Assembly: GCF_963921235.1 (NCBI RefSeq)
Contig: NC_086097.1
Location: forward strand, 4,030,001-4,094,000
Direction: 5' to 3'
Source: Mobula hypostoma
Lineage: Eukaryota
Length of the DNA: 64,000 nt
Below are positions 50,694 to 64,000 of the stretch, piece by piece. The notes under the pieces were generated by a model. The model saw only the letters and a list, made by a program, of their open reading frames with translations, made no database searches and was not told the origin of the DNA. The position numbers were made by a program, and so were the translations under genes. How positions within the stretch are numbered: position 1 is the first letter of the stretch; the number at the start of each line of letters is the position of its first letter.

Positions 50694-50795
50694 CAAGCAA
50701 CACACATAAATGTTGCTGGTGAATGCAGCAGGCCAGGCAGCATCTCTAGGAAGAGGTACAATCGACGTTTCGGGCCGAGACCCTTCGTCAGGACC
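50694..50795 (-). ncRNA. Solo Penelope terminal fragment consisting largely of a minimal hammerhead (50760-50795)
   Basis: The minus strand reads GGUC-CUGACGA-AGGGUCUCGGCCC-GAAA-CG-UC-GAUU, and the fragment begins at helix I. Confidence 0.7.
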
Positions 50796-51811
50796 TTATA
50801 GTTTTTTTTTAACTTTAGACTGGTGTGATCTTCATTGTTTTGTATTGTGCAGTTAGTGGAAAACTTAGAGGTATCAGGAGGAAAGGCAATTGCTGCAGAA
50901 TTCCCATTTTCTACTTATCGTAAAACAAATGTATTTCTGTGGCTAGTTCAGTTGCAATGGATATATCTGACCAAAAGTATATGATCACTTTGGAAAAGAA
51001 TATTTGTTCGTTAATAGATTCCAGAGATGAGATGAACATTCCCAATATCAGGGTTAAAGTTGATAATGTAACTTACATATGAAGAATTCTAGAATCAGTT
51101 GAACTGCCTGCAGAAGTCAAACACCCTTTAATTAGCACATTGACGTTCCTTTATCAGTTTCCTCTTTTAGTTAGCTGAATCATTCCTACAGCCCACTTGC
51201 TTATTTTGCAATTAAATATGTTCAGCCTGGAGATATGAGATTAATTGGCACAAGTTATTCTCTTTTTTAATCTTGTTGTGAATAATTTTATTTCTCATCG
51301 CCTGTCTTCTGAATGTAAACTTTACTTTTACAATTTATACATCTTTTTGAATTTATGATATAATTTGCTTGACAATGAAAGAAAAACAATTATTTCCCCT
51401 GATTTACTTTGTGAGAAAAATGTTTGAAGTTCTTAAAAAGGCACAATCTTTCTTTGCATTTTATTTGGTGGTAATATTTAAACTGTCAGTAAATATTGTT
51501 TATGCATATATATTTTTTTATTTGGTTAACTGATATTATCATACTTCTGAAGGAGCGTTGACAAAAATCGACACAAGTGTAATTACTTCTAACGTATACT
51601 TTATTCCAACAGCAAACAAATGGCGATGTTGTATGTATATAAGAAAAAAACCTGCCCCAAAATGTAATGACATGTAATGTAACACGTGACATACAACGTA
51701 ACACGTAACATACACGGCAGACTTAACCCTTAACAGTCTGGGTGAATTCTGCCTAATGAAATTAAGGAGTCCCTACAGTTCCCCCTTTAATTCTTGCAGA
51801 ATGAATATAAA

Positions 51812-53245
51812 TACCATAAGACCATAAGATATAGGAGCTGAATTAGGCCACTTGGGCATTGAGTCTGCTCCACCATTTCATTACAGCTGATCTGTTTTTC
51901 CTATCAGCCCCAATCTCCTGCCTTTTCCCTGATTAATCAAGAATCTATCTTCTCTGCCTTAAATATACCCAATGACTTGGCCTACACAACTGCCTGTGGC
52001 ACAGATTCACCACTCTCTGGCTAAAGAAATTCCTCCTCATCTCAGTTCTAAAAGGACGCCTCTCTTCTCTGAGGCTGTGTCCTCTGGTCTTAAACTCCCC
52101 TACCATAGGAAACGTTCTCTCCACATCCACTCTATTGAGGCCATTCAACACATGATAGGTTTCAATGCGTTCCCCCCCTCCCCCATTCTTCTGAATTTGA
52201 GAGAATGGAGGCCCAGGGCCATCAAACACTCCTCATATGATAAGCCTTTCAATCCTGGAATCATTTTCATAAACTTCCTTTAAACCTTCTCCAGTTTCAG
52301 CACATCCTTTCTAAGATAAGGGGCCAAAACCTTCTTACAATACTCCAAGTGAGGCTTCACCAATGGTTTATAAAGCGTCAACATTACATCCTTGCTTTTA
52401 TAGAAACATAGAAAACTAGATTTATAATCCAATGAATGCTAATACCAAATTTAACCTTTATGAAATCCTGAACAAGGACTCCCAAGTCCCTTTGCACCTC
52501 AGATTTTTGTATTTTCTCTCCATTTCAAAAATAGTTTACCCTTTATTTCTTCTACCAAAGTCCATGACCATACATTGTATCCCATCTGCCACTTTTTTTC
52601 CCAATCTACTAATCTGTCTAAGTCCTTCTGTAGCCTATTTCCTCAAATCTACCTGCCCTCCACCTCTCTTCATATCATCTACAAACTTGGCTACAAAGCC
52701 ATCAATTCCGTCAGCCAAGTCATTGACATATAACATAAAAAAGCGGTCCCAACACAGACCCCTGTGGAACAACACTAGTCACCAACAGCCAATGAGAAAA
52801 GGCTTCCTTTATTCTCATTCTTTGCCTCCTGTCAATCATCCACTGCTTTATCCATGCTAGAATCTTCCCTGTAATATCGTGGGGTTATAGCTTATTAAAC
52901 AGTCTCATGTGTGGCATCTTGTCAAAGGCCTTCTGAAAATCCAAGTAGACAACATCAACCAATTCTGCTTTGTCTACCCTGCTTGTTATTTCTTCAAAGA
53001 ATTCCAATAGATTTGTCAGGCAAGATTTTCCCTTGACGAAACCATGCTGACCAGGGCCTATTTTATCATATACCTCCAAGTACCCTGAGACCTCATCCTT
53101 AATAACCGACTCCAACATCTTCCCAACCACTGAGGTCAGACTAACTGGCCAATTGTTTACTTTCTTCTGCCTCTCTCCTTTCTTGAAGAGTGGAGTAACA
53201 TTTGCAATTTTCAATTCTTCCGGAACCATGCAAGAATCAAAGCAT
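51812..53245 (-). mobile_element. Decayed CR1 LINE RT region
   Basis: [25 protein letters not shown] and YLDFQKAFDK motifs; (CTTATGGT)n tail. Confidence 0.9.
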
Positions 53246-53771
53246 GCAGGCATTATACTTAAAAAATATATATATACAGGCATATCACTGTTTTGTGATT
53301 TTGCCAAATAAAAGTACCCCAGTAGCACAAGTCTTTGCATTCTTTAGCTAGGAATCAAAAAATAAATAAAATTGAAGGAATGAAGAATGATGTAGGGAAG
53401 AAAACGTGTTTTCCGTAATCCTTTTAAACAGGTGTGATTTAAAACAATTTCATACTTCTAGTTAATGATCAGCTTCGAAAATTAGCTTTTCACGGGTTTG
53501 CCTTTTTCTCTCCATGCCCTCATCACCCTCCCCACCCTCACCACACTCCCCATAAACTAATTTAAATGAAGGCAATTTTTCCTAAAATCTCTTATTGCTC
53601 CCATTCTATTACCCACTCTATTTACTTGTATAGTATATTCAGAGAAAAGAGAGACAATTTCTGATTTCATCACAATTTTTTTGTTGCAATTCATGAATTT
53701 GCATTCCAGAATCCAAACTTAGAGCTTTTGCTCAGTCAGTTAATGAAAATTGAAAACTGTAATGCATGAAT

Positions 53772-55340
53772 TAGACCATCAGACATAGGAACAGAATTTG
53801 GCCAGTTGACCTATTGAGTCTGCTCTGCCACTCAATCATGGCTGATCCTTTTCTCCTCTCCTCACAGCCCCACTCGCCATCCCTGTAACCTTTGATGTCA
53901 TGTCCAGTCAAGAACTGATCAAGCTCTGCTTTAAATACACCTAATAACCTGTGCTAACAAATGCCATAAATTCACCCCCCTCTAGCTAAAGAAATTTCTC
54001 CGCATCGCTGTTTTAAATGGCCCCCCTCTATCCTGAGGCTGTGCCCTCTTGTTCTAGACTCCCTCACCATGGGAAGCATCCTTTCCATGTCTACCATGTA
54101 TAGACCTTTCAACATTCTAAAGGTTCAAAGAGATCCCCTCTCATACTTCCAAATTCCAGTAAGTACAGACCTAGAACTACCAACCATTCTTTGTATGATA
54201 GCCCTTTCATTCCCGGAATCTTCTCCAACGCCAGCACATCTTTTCTTTGATGAGGAACCCAAAATTGTTCACAGTACTCAAGGTGAAGCCTCACCAGTGC
54301 TTTGAAAAGCCTCAGCAGCACATTCCTGCTCTTGTATTCTACACCTCTTGAAATTAATGCTAACGTGGCATTTACCTTCCCCACCACCACCTCAACCTGC
54401 AAGGTTTTCTGCACAAGGACTCCCAAGTCCCTTTGCAGCAAAAATTTTAGGATTTTCTCTCCATTTAGAAAATTGTTTGCACATTTATTTCTACTACCAA
54501 AGTGCTTGACCATGCATTTTCCAACATTGCATTTCTTTTGCCACATTTTTTTTCCATTCTCCTAATCCGTCAAAATCCTTCTGCAGTCTACCTGTTTCCT
54601 CAACACTACCTGCTCCTCCACCAATTTTTGTATCACATGCAAATTTGGCAATAAAGACATCTATGCCATAATCTAAATCATTAATATACATTATTAATCA
54701 TTAAAAAAAGTGGTCCCAACACCGACTCCTGTGGAACATCAGTAGTCACTTGCAGCCAACCAGAAAAGGATCCTTTTATTCCCACTCGCTACCTCCTACC
54801 ATCAGCCAGTGTTCTGACTATGCCAGTAACTTTCTTGTAATACTATGGGCTGTTAACTTGGTAAGCAGCCTTATGTGTGGCACCTTGTCAAAGGACTTCT
54901 GCAAGTCCAAATATACAACATCCAATGCATCCCCTTTATCTATCCTACTTGTAATCTCCTCAAAGATTTCCAACAGGTTTATCAGGTAAGATTTTCCCTT
55001 ATGGAAACCATGCTGTCTTTGTTGTATCTTGTCCTGTGTTACCAAGTATTCCATAAGCTCATTCTTAACAACTGATTCCAATATCTTCCCAACCACTGAG
55101 GTCAAGCTAACTGGTCTATAGTTTCCTTTATGTTGCCTTCCTCCTTTCTTAAAGAGTGGAGTGACATTTACAACATTCTAGTCCTCTGGCATCATGCCAG
55201 AGTCCAGTGATTTTTGAAAGATTATTGCTAATGACTCCACAATCTCTAACACTACCTCTTTCAGAACCCTAGTGTGTAGTCATCTGGTCCGGGTGACTTA
55301 TGTACCCTTAGGTCTTTCAGCTATTTGAGCTCCTTCTCCC
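53772..55340 (-). mobile_element. Decayed CR1 LINE RT region
   Basis: YLDLQKSFDKVPH, KFACDTKIGG and LVRLHLEYCEQFW motifs. Confidence 0.9.
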
Positions 55341-55751
55341 TTGTAATAGTAACTGCACTCACTTCTCTTCCCTCACACCCTCCAACATCTGGTACATAGT
55401 GAAAGTTTCTCTCAAATCTAATTGATAACAAAATTACTACCTTTGAAAAGAACAAGAAAAGCTGGATCTGTTTCATAATTAATTACACTTACAAGCTAAA
55501 TAGATATAGCCATCATAGTACGTTGGTGCTGTCTTGGTCTGACAGAGAAATAATCTGTCTCGGATTTAGGGACAATATTCAGAGTTATAGAAAATTATGC
55601 AATAATACTGAACTTTGGGTTCCATTTCTAATCAAAACAATGAAATTATTTTAGCATGGTTCAAATATGATTACCCTGGAAATATTCATTTAAAAAGAAT
55701 ATTAATCAGTATATACCTCGGAGAAATTAATGAGTACCGGTTTCTCAACAT

Positions 55752-55888
55752 AATTCAAGTTTATTGGACTGTACATGTATACAACTAACCTAAACGATAT
55801 TCCTCCAGATCTTGGTGCACCCACAATACATATATCACACACAGCACATAAAATAAAATATTACCACAAATAAGTTAATAAAATATAA
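55752..55888 (-). repeat. LINE 3' tail; uninterrupted paralogue of the Tc1 target
   Basis: Matches 4311-4421 joined to 10203-10240. Confidence 0.75.
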
Positions 55889-56269
55889 CGTGATTTCCTA
55901 AAATCTTACTTGCATACAGTGGCTTGGATTTCAGATTGGAGGCACATTACATATGGTGTATGCTGTTTTGTGTTGTGAAACCTGGGCTGATATTGCAAGT
56001 GCTGTTGTTTTTGCGTCTACAGTCAAATTGATTGATAGGCTGGAGACCTGATAGCTAAGCTCTGCACTTAGTTTCATGAATGGGGTGGGGTATTTATTTA
56101 GATGCCTTTTAGTCCTGAAGGAAAAAAACCTGCTCCTACCAAACAGTGTTGTTATAGATGGACTTATATCATGAATTCTAAATCCTGCAAGGTATTCTAA
56201 ATCCTAGGAACTGGCTGATGATAGTTATGCACGGGATCATAGTAAGTGTAAGTACATGTTGCTATTCAG

Positions 56270-57830
56270 ACGGGCCCAGATGGCGTCCCGGGACGGGTTC
56301 TCCGGGCCTGTGCAAGCGCATAGCTGGAGTGTTTGCTGACATCTTCAACTGCTCCTTGCTTCAGTGTAAGATCCCCTCGTGTTTTAAGAAGGCAACGATA
56401 ATCCCAGTGCCGAAGAAGAGCAAGGTGGCATGCCTGAATGACTATCGACCTGTGGCTCTGACATCAATTGCTATGAAGTGCTTTGAGTGATTGGTTATGG
56501 CACACATCAACCACAGCCTACCGGTCAACCTCGACTCTTTGCAACTCACCTACCGGAGCAACAGGTCAACGGCAGATGCCATCTCCCTGGCCCTACATTC
56601 CTCCTTAGAACACCTGGAGAATAAAGGCGCATACGTAAGGCTCCTTTTCATAGATTACAGCTCTGCCTTTAATACCATCATTCCAAATAAACTGATTCCT
56701 AAGCTCCGGAACCTGGGCCTTAGCACTCAGATCTGCAGCTGGATCTTCAACTTCCTCACAGACAGGACCCAGGCTGTAAAAATAGGGGACAAGCTCTCCT
56801 CTACAATCACTCTGAGCACCGGTTCCCAACAAGGCTGTGTACTCAGCCCCCTGCTGTACTCACTGTACACCCATGATTGTGTAGCCAAGCTTCCATTGAA
56901 CTCAATATATAAGTTTGCTGATGACACAACAATTGTAGGCCGTATCTCGGGTAATGATGAGTTTGAGTACAGAGAGGAAATTGAGAACCTCGTGGCATGG
57001 TGCGAAGACAATAACCTATCCCTCAACATCAGCAAGACGAAGGAATTGGTTGTTGACTTCAGAAGGAGTAGCGGACTGCACGACCCAATTTACATCGGTG
57101 GTGCGCAAGTGGAACAGGTCAAAAGCTTTAAGTTCTTCGGGGTCAATATCACAAATAACCTGACTTGGTCCAACCAAGCAGAGTCCACTGCCAAGAAGGC
57201 CCACTAGCGCCTTTACTTCCTGAGAAAACTAAAGAATTTTGGCCTGTCCCCTAAAACCCTCATTAATTTTTATAGATGCACCGTAGAAAGCATTCTTCTA
57301 GGGTGCATCACAACCTGGTATGGAAGTTGTCCTGTCCAAGACCGGAAGAAGCTGCAGAAGATCGTGAACACGGCGCAGCACATCACACAAACCAATCTTC
57401 TGTCCTTGGACTCACTTTACACTGCATGCTGTTGGAGCAGTGCTGCCAGGATAATCAAGGACACGACCCATCCAGCCAACACACTTTTCGTCCCTCTTCC
57501 CTCCGGGAGAAGGCTCAGGAGCTTGAAGACTCGTACGGCCAGATTTGGGAACAGCTTCTTTCCAACTGTGATAAGACTGCTGAACGGATCCTGACCCGGA
57601 TCTGGGCCGTACCCTCCAAATATCCGGACCTGCCTTTTGGTTTTTTTGCACTACCTTACTTTCCATTTTTCTGTTTTCTATTTATGATTTATTATTGAAA
57701 TTTTTAATATTTACTATCGATTTGTAATCCAGGGAGTGGGAAGCGCAGAATCAAATATCGCTTTGATGATTGTACGTTCTGGTATCAATTATTTGGCGAC
57801 AATAAAGTATATAGTATAAAGTATAAAGTA
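56270..57830 (+). mobile_element. Rex1-type LINE, RT and 3' end
   Basis: Encodes [40 protein letters not shown] and YKFADDTT, with in-frame stops; (TATAAAG)n tail. Confidence 0.95.
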
Positions 57831-57954
57831 AATGATCAAGCTGCCTCCTGTGGCTGACTCTCACCTTGCCTTTGTTAAAACTGGAAGTGGATAGATTTTT
57901 GAGTTAAGTTTCACTTTAATTGTGCAATTTGATCTATGGTATCTTTCTTGTACT

Positions 57955-58425
57955 TAGAGTCATAGAGTCTTTTTCTGTGCTGTAGTACTCTTCGGCCCAT
58001 CTGGTCTATGCTGAACTATTACTTTGCCTAGACCCATCCACCTGCACCAAGACCGTAGCCCTCATACCCCTCCCATCCATGTACCTACCGAAATTTCTCT
58101 TAAATGTTGAAATTGACCCCACATGCATCAAATCACTTGCACTGGCAGCTCATTCCACACTCTCACCACTCTCTGAGTGAAGAATGTTTTCCATGATGTT
58201 CCCCTTAAACATTACACCTTACATCCTTAACCAATGGTCTCTAGTTCTAGTCTCATTCAACCTCAGTGGAAAATGACTGCCTGCATTTACCCTATCTATA
58301 TCGCTAATAATTTTGTATGCCTCTATCAGATCTCGTCTCAATCTTCTATGTTCCAAAGGACAAAATCCTAACCTATTCAATCTTTTCTTAAAACTCAGGT
58401 CCTCAAGTCCTGGCAACATCTTGTA
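57955..58425 (-). mobile_element. CR1 3' fragment
   Basis: Encodes MLPGLEDLSFKKRLNRLG..DLIEAYKI. Confidence 0.85.
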
Positions 58426-59067
58426 ACTTCTCAGGTTTTGTATTATTTATTGGCATTCTTGTGATAGTTGAAATTTGAAATGCAAGCATTCAACACAGAC
58501 TATATAACTTGAATATCTGTTAAGTATTTGCATCTTTTATTGCTAATGGCTGATCAATATAGAACACAATTTGTATTTTTTTCACTTGCAACTAGGATAT
58601 TTGAAATATTACTGTGATTAAAATCTTGCTACTATCAGCAAGATTCTAATATTAACCTTTATGTAATAAAAAATCAAATTATTATAAGTAGAAAGCAATC
58701 TTGTTTGGACTCAGTAATCCAGAGTTTTGCTTTATTTGGAGAGACTGATAGTGAGAAATTCTGTCTAAATACATGAATTAATTTTTGGTTACCTGTTATA
58801 CTCTTTCAATGTATTTGCCTCCTTTGAAAGCAGTGGAATTGATTATGTGGAAAGGAGCATGTAGAGATACTGTATTCAGCTGTGATTTTAGGGGAGGTGA
58901 CCAAAGGAAAATTTCACACTGTTGCCTCTCTTACAATATAGAACATCTGATTAAAAGGAAGCTTTCTAAATAGTGCAGAGTTTATGAGCTAGTAAGTTTA
59001 GTGATGAGTAACAATCACCATGGTGATTGAGAGTTGCACAATTAGAGTCCGATTAATTTACAAAGTA

Positions 59068-59150
59068 ACACATACAAAATGCTGGAGGAACTCAGCAGGT
59101 CAGGCAGCATCTATGGACTGGAATAAACAACTAGTGTTTCAGGCTGAGAC
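59068..59150 (-). repeat. Penelope-derived terminal repeat fragment (second family)
   Basis: acacatacaaaatgctggaggaactcagcaggtcaggcagcatctatgga. Confidence 0.7.
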
Positions 59151-59849
59151 AAGGGATTTCCAGCATCTTGTGTTTTTAATTTACATGTTTTCACTTTGCA
59201 GAGAAATACTTCCTGTTCATTGTAATTTATTGGAAGTTAATGTGTTAGTTTAGCTGGTACATCCAGTGACTTCGGTTCAAAATCATTTCATTTTGCTCTT
59301 AATATATGACCATTTTATTTTGAGTTATTGCAATAAATCTGATTATACCTTTTGTGTGCAATTAAAATGCTGAAGTGTTAAACTGATATATTGCGTATAT
59401 TTTCTGTGAGGAAACACTTGGAATCCTGATAGAATATGTTAAAGTGAAACTGAATCTGGTGTTTATGTAATGTAAACTACTTTTACATTCTACATTTGTA
59501 TTCAAAATGCACCAAAAGAAATGAGCTACAATGGCCACTTAAATGCCATCTCACTGTAATGGGAAAATCAAGAACACATAATCTGTCAAGATTCATAATG
59601 GAACTTAATACCTACAAAGGGACGCAGACTCTGTTGACATTTACATTACAGCTCAAAACCTAATCATTTAATCTTGCTTTTAACTAACATCTTCTTGTCC
59701 CTTATTTTCATTTTGCACTTTAACCTTTGTAAAGCACTTTGAATTATATTGTTTACATGAAAATTACTCCATAAGTAAGTTATTGTTATTATTACTGAAA
59801 TTTCATGTTATGCAAATAAACACTATTTTAAAGTTCTGAGGCATGGAAG

Positions 59850-61262
59850 ATAGCTCTAAAAGTAATCTGGGAAATTATAGGCTGGTAAGTTTGATGTCGG
59901 TAGTAGGCAAATTATTGGAAGGAGTACCAAGGGATAGGATCTACAAGTATTTGGATAGACAGGGACTTATTAGGGAGAGTCAACATGGCTTTGTGCGTGG
60001 TAGGTCATCTTTGACCAATCTATCAGAGCTTTTCGAGGAGGTTACCAGGAAAGTGGATGAAGGGAAGGCAGTGGATATTGTCTACGTGGACTTCAGTAAG
60101 GCCTTTGACAAGGTCCCGCATGGGAGGTTAGTTAGGAAGATTCATTCGCTGGATATACATGGAGAGGTGGTAAATTGGATTAGACATTGGCTCAATGGAA
60201 GAAGCCAGAGAGTGATAGTGGAGGATTGCTTCTCAGAGTGGAGGCCTGTGACTAGTGGTGTGCCACAGGGATCAGTGCTGCGTCCATTGTTATTTGTCAT
60301 CTATATCAATGATCTGGATGATAATGTGGTAAATTGGATCAGCAACTTTGCTGATGATACAAAGATTGGAGGTGTAGTGGACAGTGAGGAAGGTTTTCAA
60401 AGCTTGCAGAGGGACTTGGACCAGCTGGAAAAATGGGCTGAAAAATGGCAGATGGAGTTTAATACAGACAAGTGTGAGGTATCGCACTTTGGAAGGATAA
60501 ACCAAGGTAGAACATACAAGATAAATGGTAGGGCACTGAGGAGTGCAGTAGAACAGAGGGATCTGGGAATACAGATACAAAATTCCCTAAAAGTGGCGTC
60601 ACAGGTAGATAGGGTCGTAAAGAGAGCTTTTGGTACATTGGCCTTTATAAATCAAAGTATTGAGTATAAGAGTTGGAATGTTATGGTGAGGTTGTATAAG
60701 GCATTGGTGAGGCCGAATTTGGAGTATTGTGTACAGTTTTGGTCACCAAATTACAGGATGGTTATTAATAAGGTTGAAAGAGTGCAGAGAAGGTTTACAA
60801 GGATGTTGCCGGGACTTGAGAAAGTGAGTTACAGAGAAAGGTTGAATAGGTTCAGACTTTATTCCCTGTACCATAGAAGAATGAGGGGAGATTTGACAAA
60901 GGTATATAAAATTATGATGGGTATAGACAGAGTGAATGCAAGCAGGCTTTTTCCACTGAGGTTAGGGGAGAGAAAACCCAGAGGACATGGGTTAAGGGTG
61001 AAGGGGGAAAAGTTTAAAGGGAACATTGGGGGGGCTTCTTCACACAGAGAGTGGTGGGAGTGTGGATGAGCTGCCAGATGAAGTTGTAAATGCAGGCTCA
61101 CTTTTAACATTTAAGAAAAACTTGGACAGGTACATGGATGAGAGATGAATGGAGGGATATGGTCCAGGTGCAGGTCAGTGGGACTAGGCAGAAAAATGGT
61201 TTGGCACAGCCAAGAAGGGCCAAAAGGCCTGTTTCTGTGCTGTAATGTTCCATGGTTCTATA
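59850..61262 (+). mobile_element. CR1 LINE, 5'-truncated, with a 408-aa RT ORF
   Basis: NYRLVSL, DFSKAFDKVPH, GVPQGSVL and FADDTK motifs; 3' UTR nearly identical to the reverse complement of 30385-30700. Confidence 0.95.
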
Positions 61263-63039
61263 GCCGTGCATGATTACGTTCAATGTGGTGTGCCTGCTGA
61301 ACTCAGATTACCACAGTCTTAACTAAACAACAGTGGTAACAGATGAATGGAATGATTGTAGAGCAGGCTCTGCTAGAATTTTGTATAATAGTTTGTCGAT
61401 ACTAAACCACTATCAGAACAATGTTGGTGTGTGCATTCTTCATTAGAATTAGAGTCTTTGGATATATAATGCACACTGAACTTCATAATTTTGGGAACAC
61501 CATGACATTAATTAGGGAAAGACAAAAACCCTTAAAACTTGGAATAAATTCAGAGGCTGTCTGTGATTTCCAACATTGTCACAAGCGTAACAAGTTTTCC
61601 TTCTGTGTCTTCCCTGTACATTTCTCAGCATACTGAATCCTTATATTTTTGTTGTGCTTCCCCTCCCCTCAGAACTGTTGACCACTTTTGTCTATTAAAT
61701 TATATCTTTATCTTTATTTGGGCTCTTACTTTCTAACTTTCCCTATGACTTGTTCTGATTTCATATCATCTTCTACTACCTATCTGTCTCCCATTTTTTT
61801 TCTCTCCTATTTCAGCAACAGCCCTCATCAACACTACATCATACGAAATTGTGGTGGTGGGAGTGTTGCATCATATCAATCTTCCCGTTCTTTCAGTTCT
61901 CCACAGGCTCTTGGAGACTTCAATAGGGAGAAAAGTGTGTTTCAGAAATCTACTGAGGACATTAGGTAAAGTTCTTCAGCCTTTATTTATGGCTATATAA
62001 TCCCTGTCTCTTCAGTTCCAAGTATGACATTTTTCTCACCCTCTTTATTTCCTCCTACTTTTTCATTGTGTGCTTCTGATAATAGTAGGATTTCTGCCAC
62101 AAAACAACAGTTTCTGATGACATATGCCAGTGATAGTAAAACTGATTCTGAGTCTGATTTGTAGACGGAGATCTAAAATGTAAAATCTGAGCACTATTTA
62201 CTATTAAAGAATAATATGTTTAAGGTATCACTGCAGACATAATATAGGCAACAGTTACTAGTAATGGGGCTTTTTTTAACCATTCAGGCACTGGAACAAT
62301 GTTAGAAATTCTAATTTTATAAAATAGGTCATTTGCTGTATTAACCTTGCCTCCCATGCATATCTTTTTTCCATGAATGATCTTGTCCTCAGAAACAGCC
62401 ATGAAAAGTAATAATAAACTACTTAAAAAATTATTGCTGGTGGATTACAGGGATCAGTGCTTCCTGATTATTATTTCACATATCTGACTCTCATATTAGT
62501 GTTTAATGCAGTTGACTCATTTTTCCCTTGAGTTTTGATACTTAAGACTTTTGGTTGAATTCAAAGGGAGTATTGGAAGTGGAAAATATTTATAATATTG
62601 TAACTGCTGTTATTTTACTGTGACTGACCATCATAGCAGAAAGTCCTTTGTTAATTATTGAACTTATTTAGAAGTCTAGCCTCTATGTTGATCATATTTA
62701 AGACACAAAAGCTGAAAAGATACCACATCACTAAACCTTTTCTAAGACTTTTAAAAATGTCTATCATAGAAGGCATTTTTATTACATCACAGAGAGGATT
62801 TCGGAATGTGGTATCTTTTCAGTTTTTGTACTTTATAGTTCACTGCAGTAGTTAGCTATTTTTTTCGCATGGGATTGAAGCCAAATGGCTTTAATCTACA
62901 TGCAGATTAGCAGGTGCCAAATGCTATTTTAACCATGCACAGTGAATCTCAAATTTCCTATCAAATCAGGTTGTCCTGCATTAATTTTAATTTCAAAATT
63001 CAGATTTACTAGAAATCGTGTGAATTGAGTCAAGAACAC

Positions 63040-64000
63040 CAGCACAGATTTGTTAAAGGCAAATCATATCTAACTAAATTATTTGATGAAAATATTTTGA
63101 TGAATTAGCAAGAGAGGATTGACAGGGGAAATGCAACTGATATGGTATACATGGACTTCCAAAAGACATTTGATGAGTTGTCATGTGGTAGGTGCGTCAT
63201 AATGATTGAATACAATGAATTCAAAAGGGGGTGCAGCAATATGAGTAGGAAATGGGGTAGGAACCATCAGGCTCCTGAACCAAAGGGGATAACTTCATAC
63301 AACTTCACTTGCCTCATCATTGAAATGTTCCCAGAACTAATGGACTCACTTTCAAGGACTCTTCATCTCATGTTCTTTATAGTTATTGGTTATTGATTTA
63401 TTATTATTATTATTTCTTTCTTTTTGTATTTGCACCCTTGTCAAATGCCCAGTCTGCGTGTTCTTTCATTGATTCGGTAATGGTTATATTTTATTATGAA
63501 TTTATTGAGTATGCCCACAAGAAAATGAGTCTCAGAGTTGTATATGGTGACATATATGTACTTTGATAATAAACTTACTTTGAACTTTGAAATTAGTCAT
63601 TTAACAGAAACATGTGCTTATAGTAGAGTAGAATTGCATACTAATTGTATAGTAGAATGCCACAGGGTCAGTTTTAGGACAACTACATTTCTTATGCATA
63701 CCAATAACTAGGACTGACATACAAAAGTTGTTCCTACAGATTGGGAGAATAGGCAAATAGATGGCAGAAAAGAAAGTATGGTTATGCACTTTGGTAGAAG
63801 GAATAAAGGCACACACTATTTTCTAATCTGGAAGAAAATTCAAAAATCAGAGTTGCAAAGAGACTTGGGAGTCTTTGTGCATGATTCCCTGAAGGTTAAC
63901 TTGCAGGATGGGTTGTGGTAAGGAAGGCAAATGCAATGTTAGCATTCATTTCGAGAGGGCTAAAAACCATAAGAATATGGAGCAGAAGTAGGCCATTTGG
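63040..64000. mobile_element. Mosaic of decayed CR1 pieces and a Rex1/L2-type 3' UTR (63265-63590)
   Basis: Encodes MVYMDFQKTFDE. The ggactcactttcaaggactcttcatctcatgtt..(ctttgaa)n tail matches 10280-10310 and 11146-11346. Confidence 0.65.

Noticed and set aside
1577..50795. Recurring 36-nt stem-loop motifs as CRISPR repeats or att sites
   Set aside because: They are dispersed in both orientations without spacers, in eukaryotic DNA, and are explained by Penelope pLTRs.
51660..51712. Short degenerate repeats (aatgtaatgacatgt, aacacgt)
   Set aside because: This is simple low-complexity sequence with no supportable function.
59012..59029. Perfect 18-bp palindrome CAATCACCATGGTGATTG after a C-box-like GTGATGA
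   Set aside because: A palindrome of this length is not unexpected in 64 kb of AT-rich DNA. There is no canonical CTGA D box with a terminal stem, so it is not called a snoRNA.
30385..61262. Long-range inverted repeat (30385-30783 versus about 60870-61262) as ends of a giant transposon
   Set aside because: Both are 3' ends of the same CR1 subfamily inserted independently.

Overview
This is a repeat-saturated, intronic or intergenic window from a vertebrate genome. The mix of CR1, Penelope, Rex1 and L1 families suggests a cartilaginous fish, possibly a ray; this is inference, not a database result. I found no confidently identifiable host gene, tRNA, rRNA or CRISPR array. Nearly every long ORF is a decayed retroelement or transposon ORF. 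Main contents: (1) the 3' end of an Academ-type DNA transposon with XPG/H3TH nuclease and Cys-rich domains (1-1493); (2) a four-level nest at about 4310-10240, where a Rex1 fragment sits in a CsRn1/Kabuki-type Gypsy provirus, which sits in a Tc1 element, which sits in a LINE tail; (3) about 15 CR1 LINE copies, one near full length with an SGNH-esterase ORF1; (4) an end-to-end L1 with a 13-bp TSD and two nested insertions; (5) a 692-bp solo LTR; (6) Rex1 copies; (7) non-autonomous elements beginning AAGATGGC; (8) at least three Penelope-like families whose terminal repeats carry minimal hammerhead ribozyme motifs. The hammerheads and the Academ element are the most interesting signals, but both belong to known classes. 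I cannot support a wholly new biological system from this sequence. Boundaries of degraded fragments are approximate.
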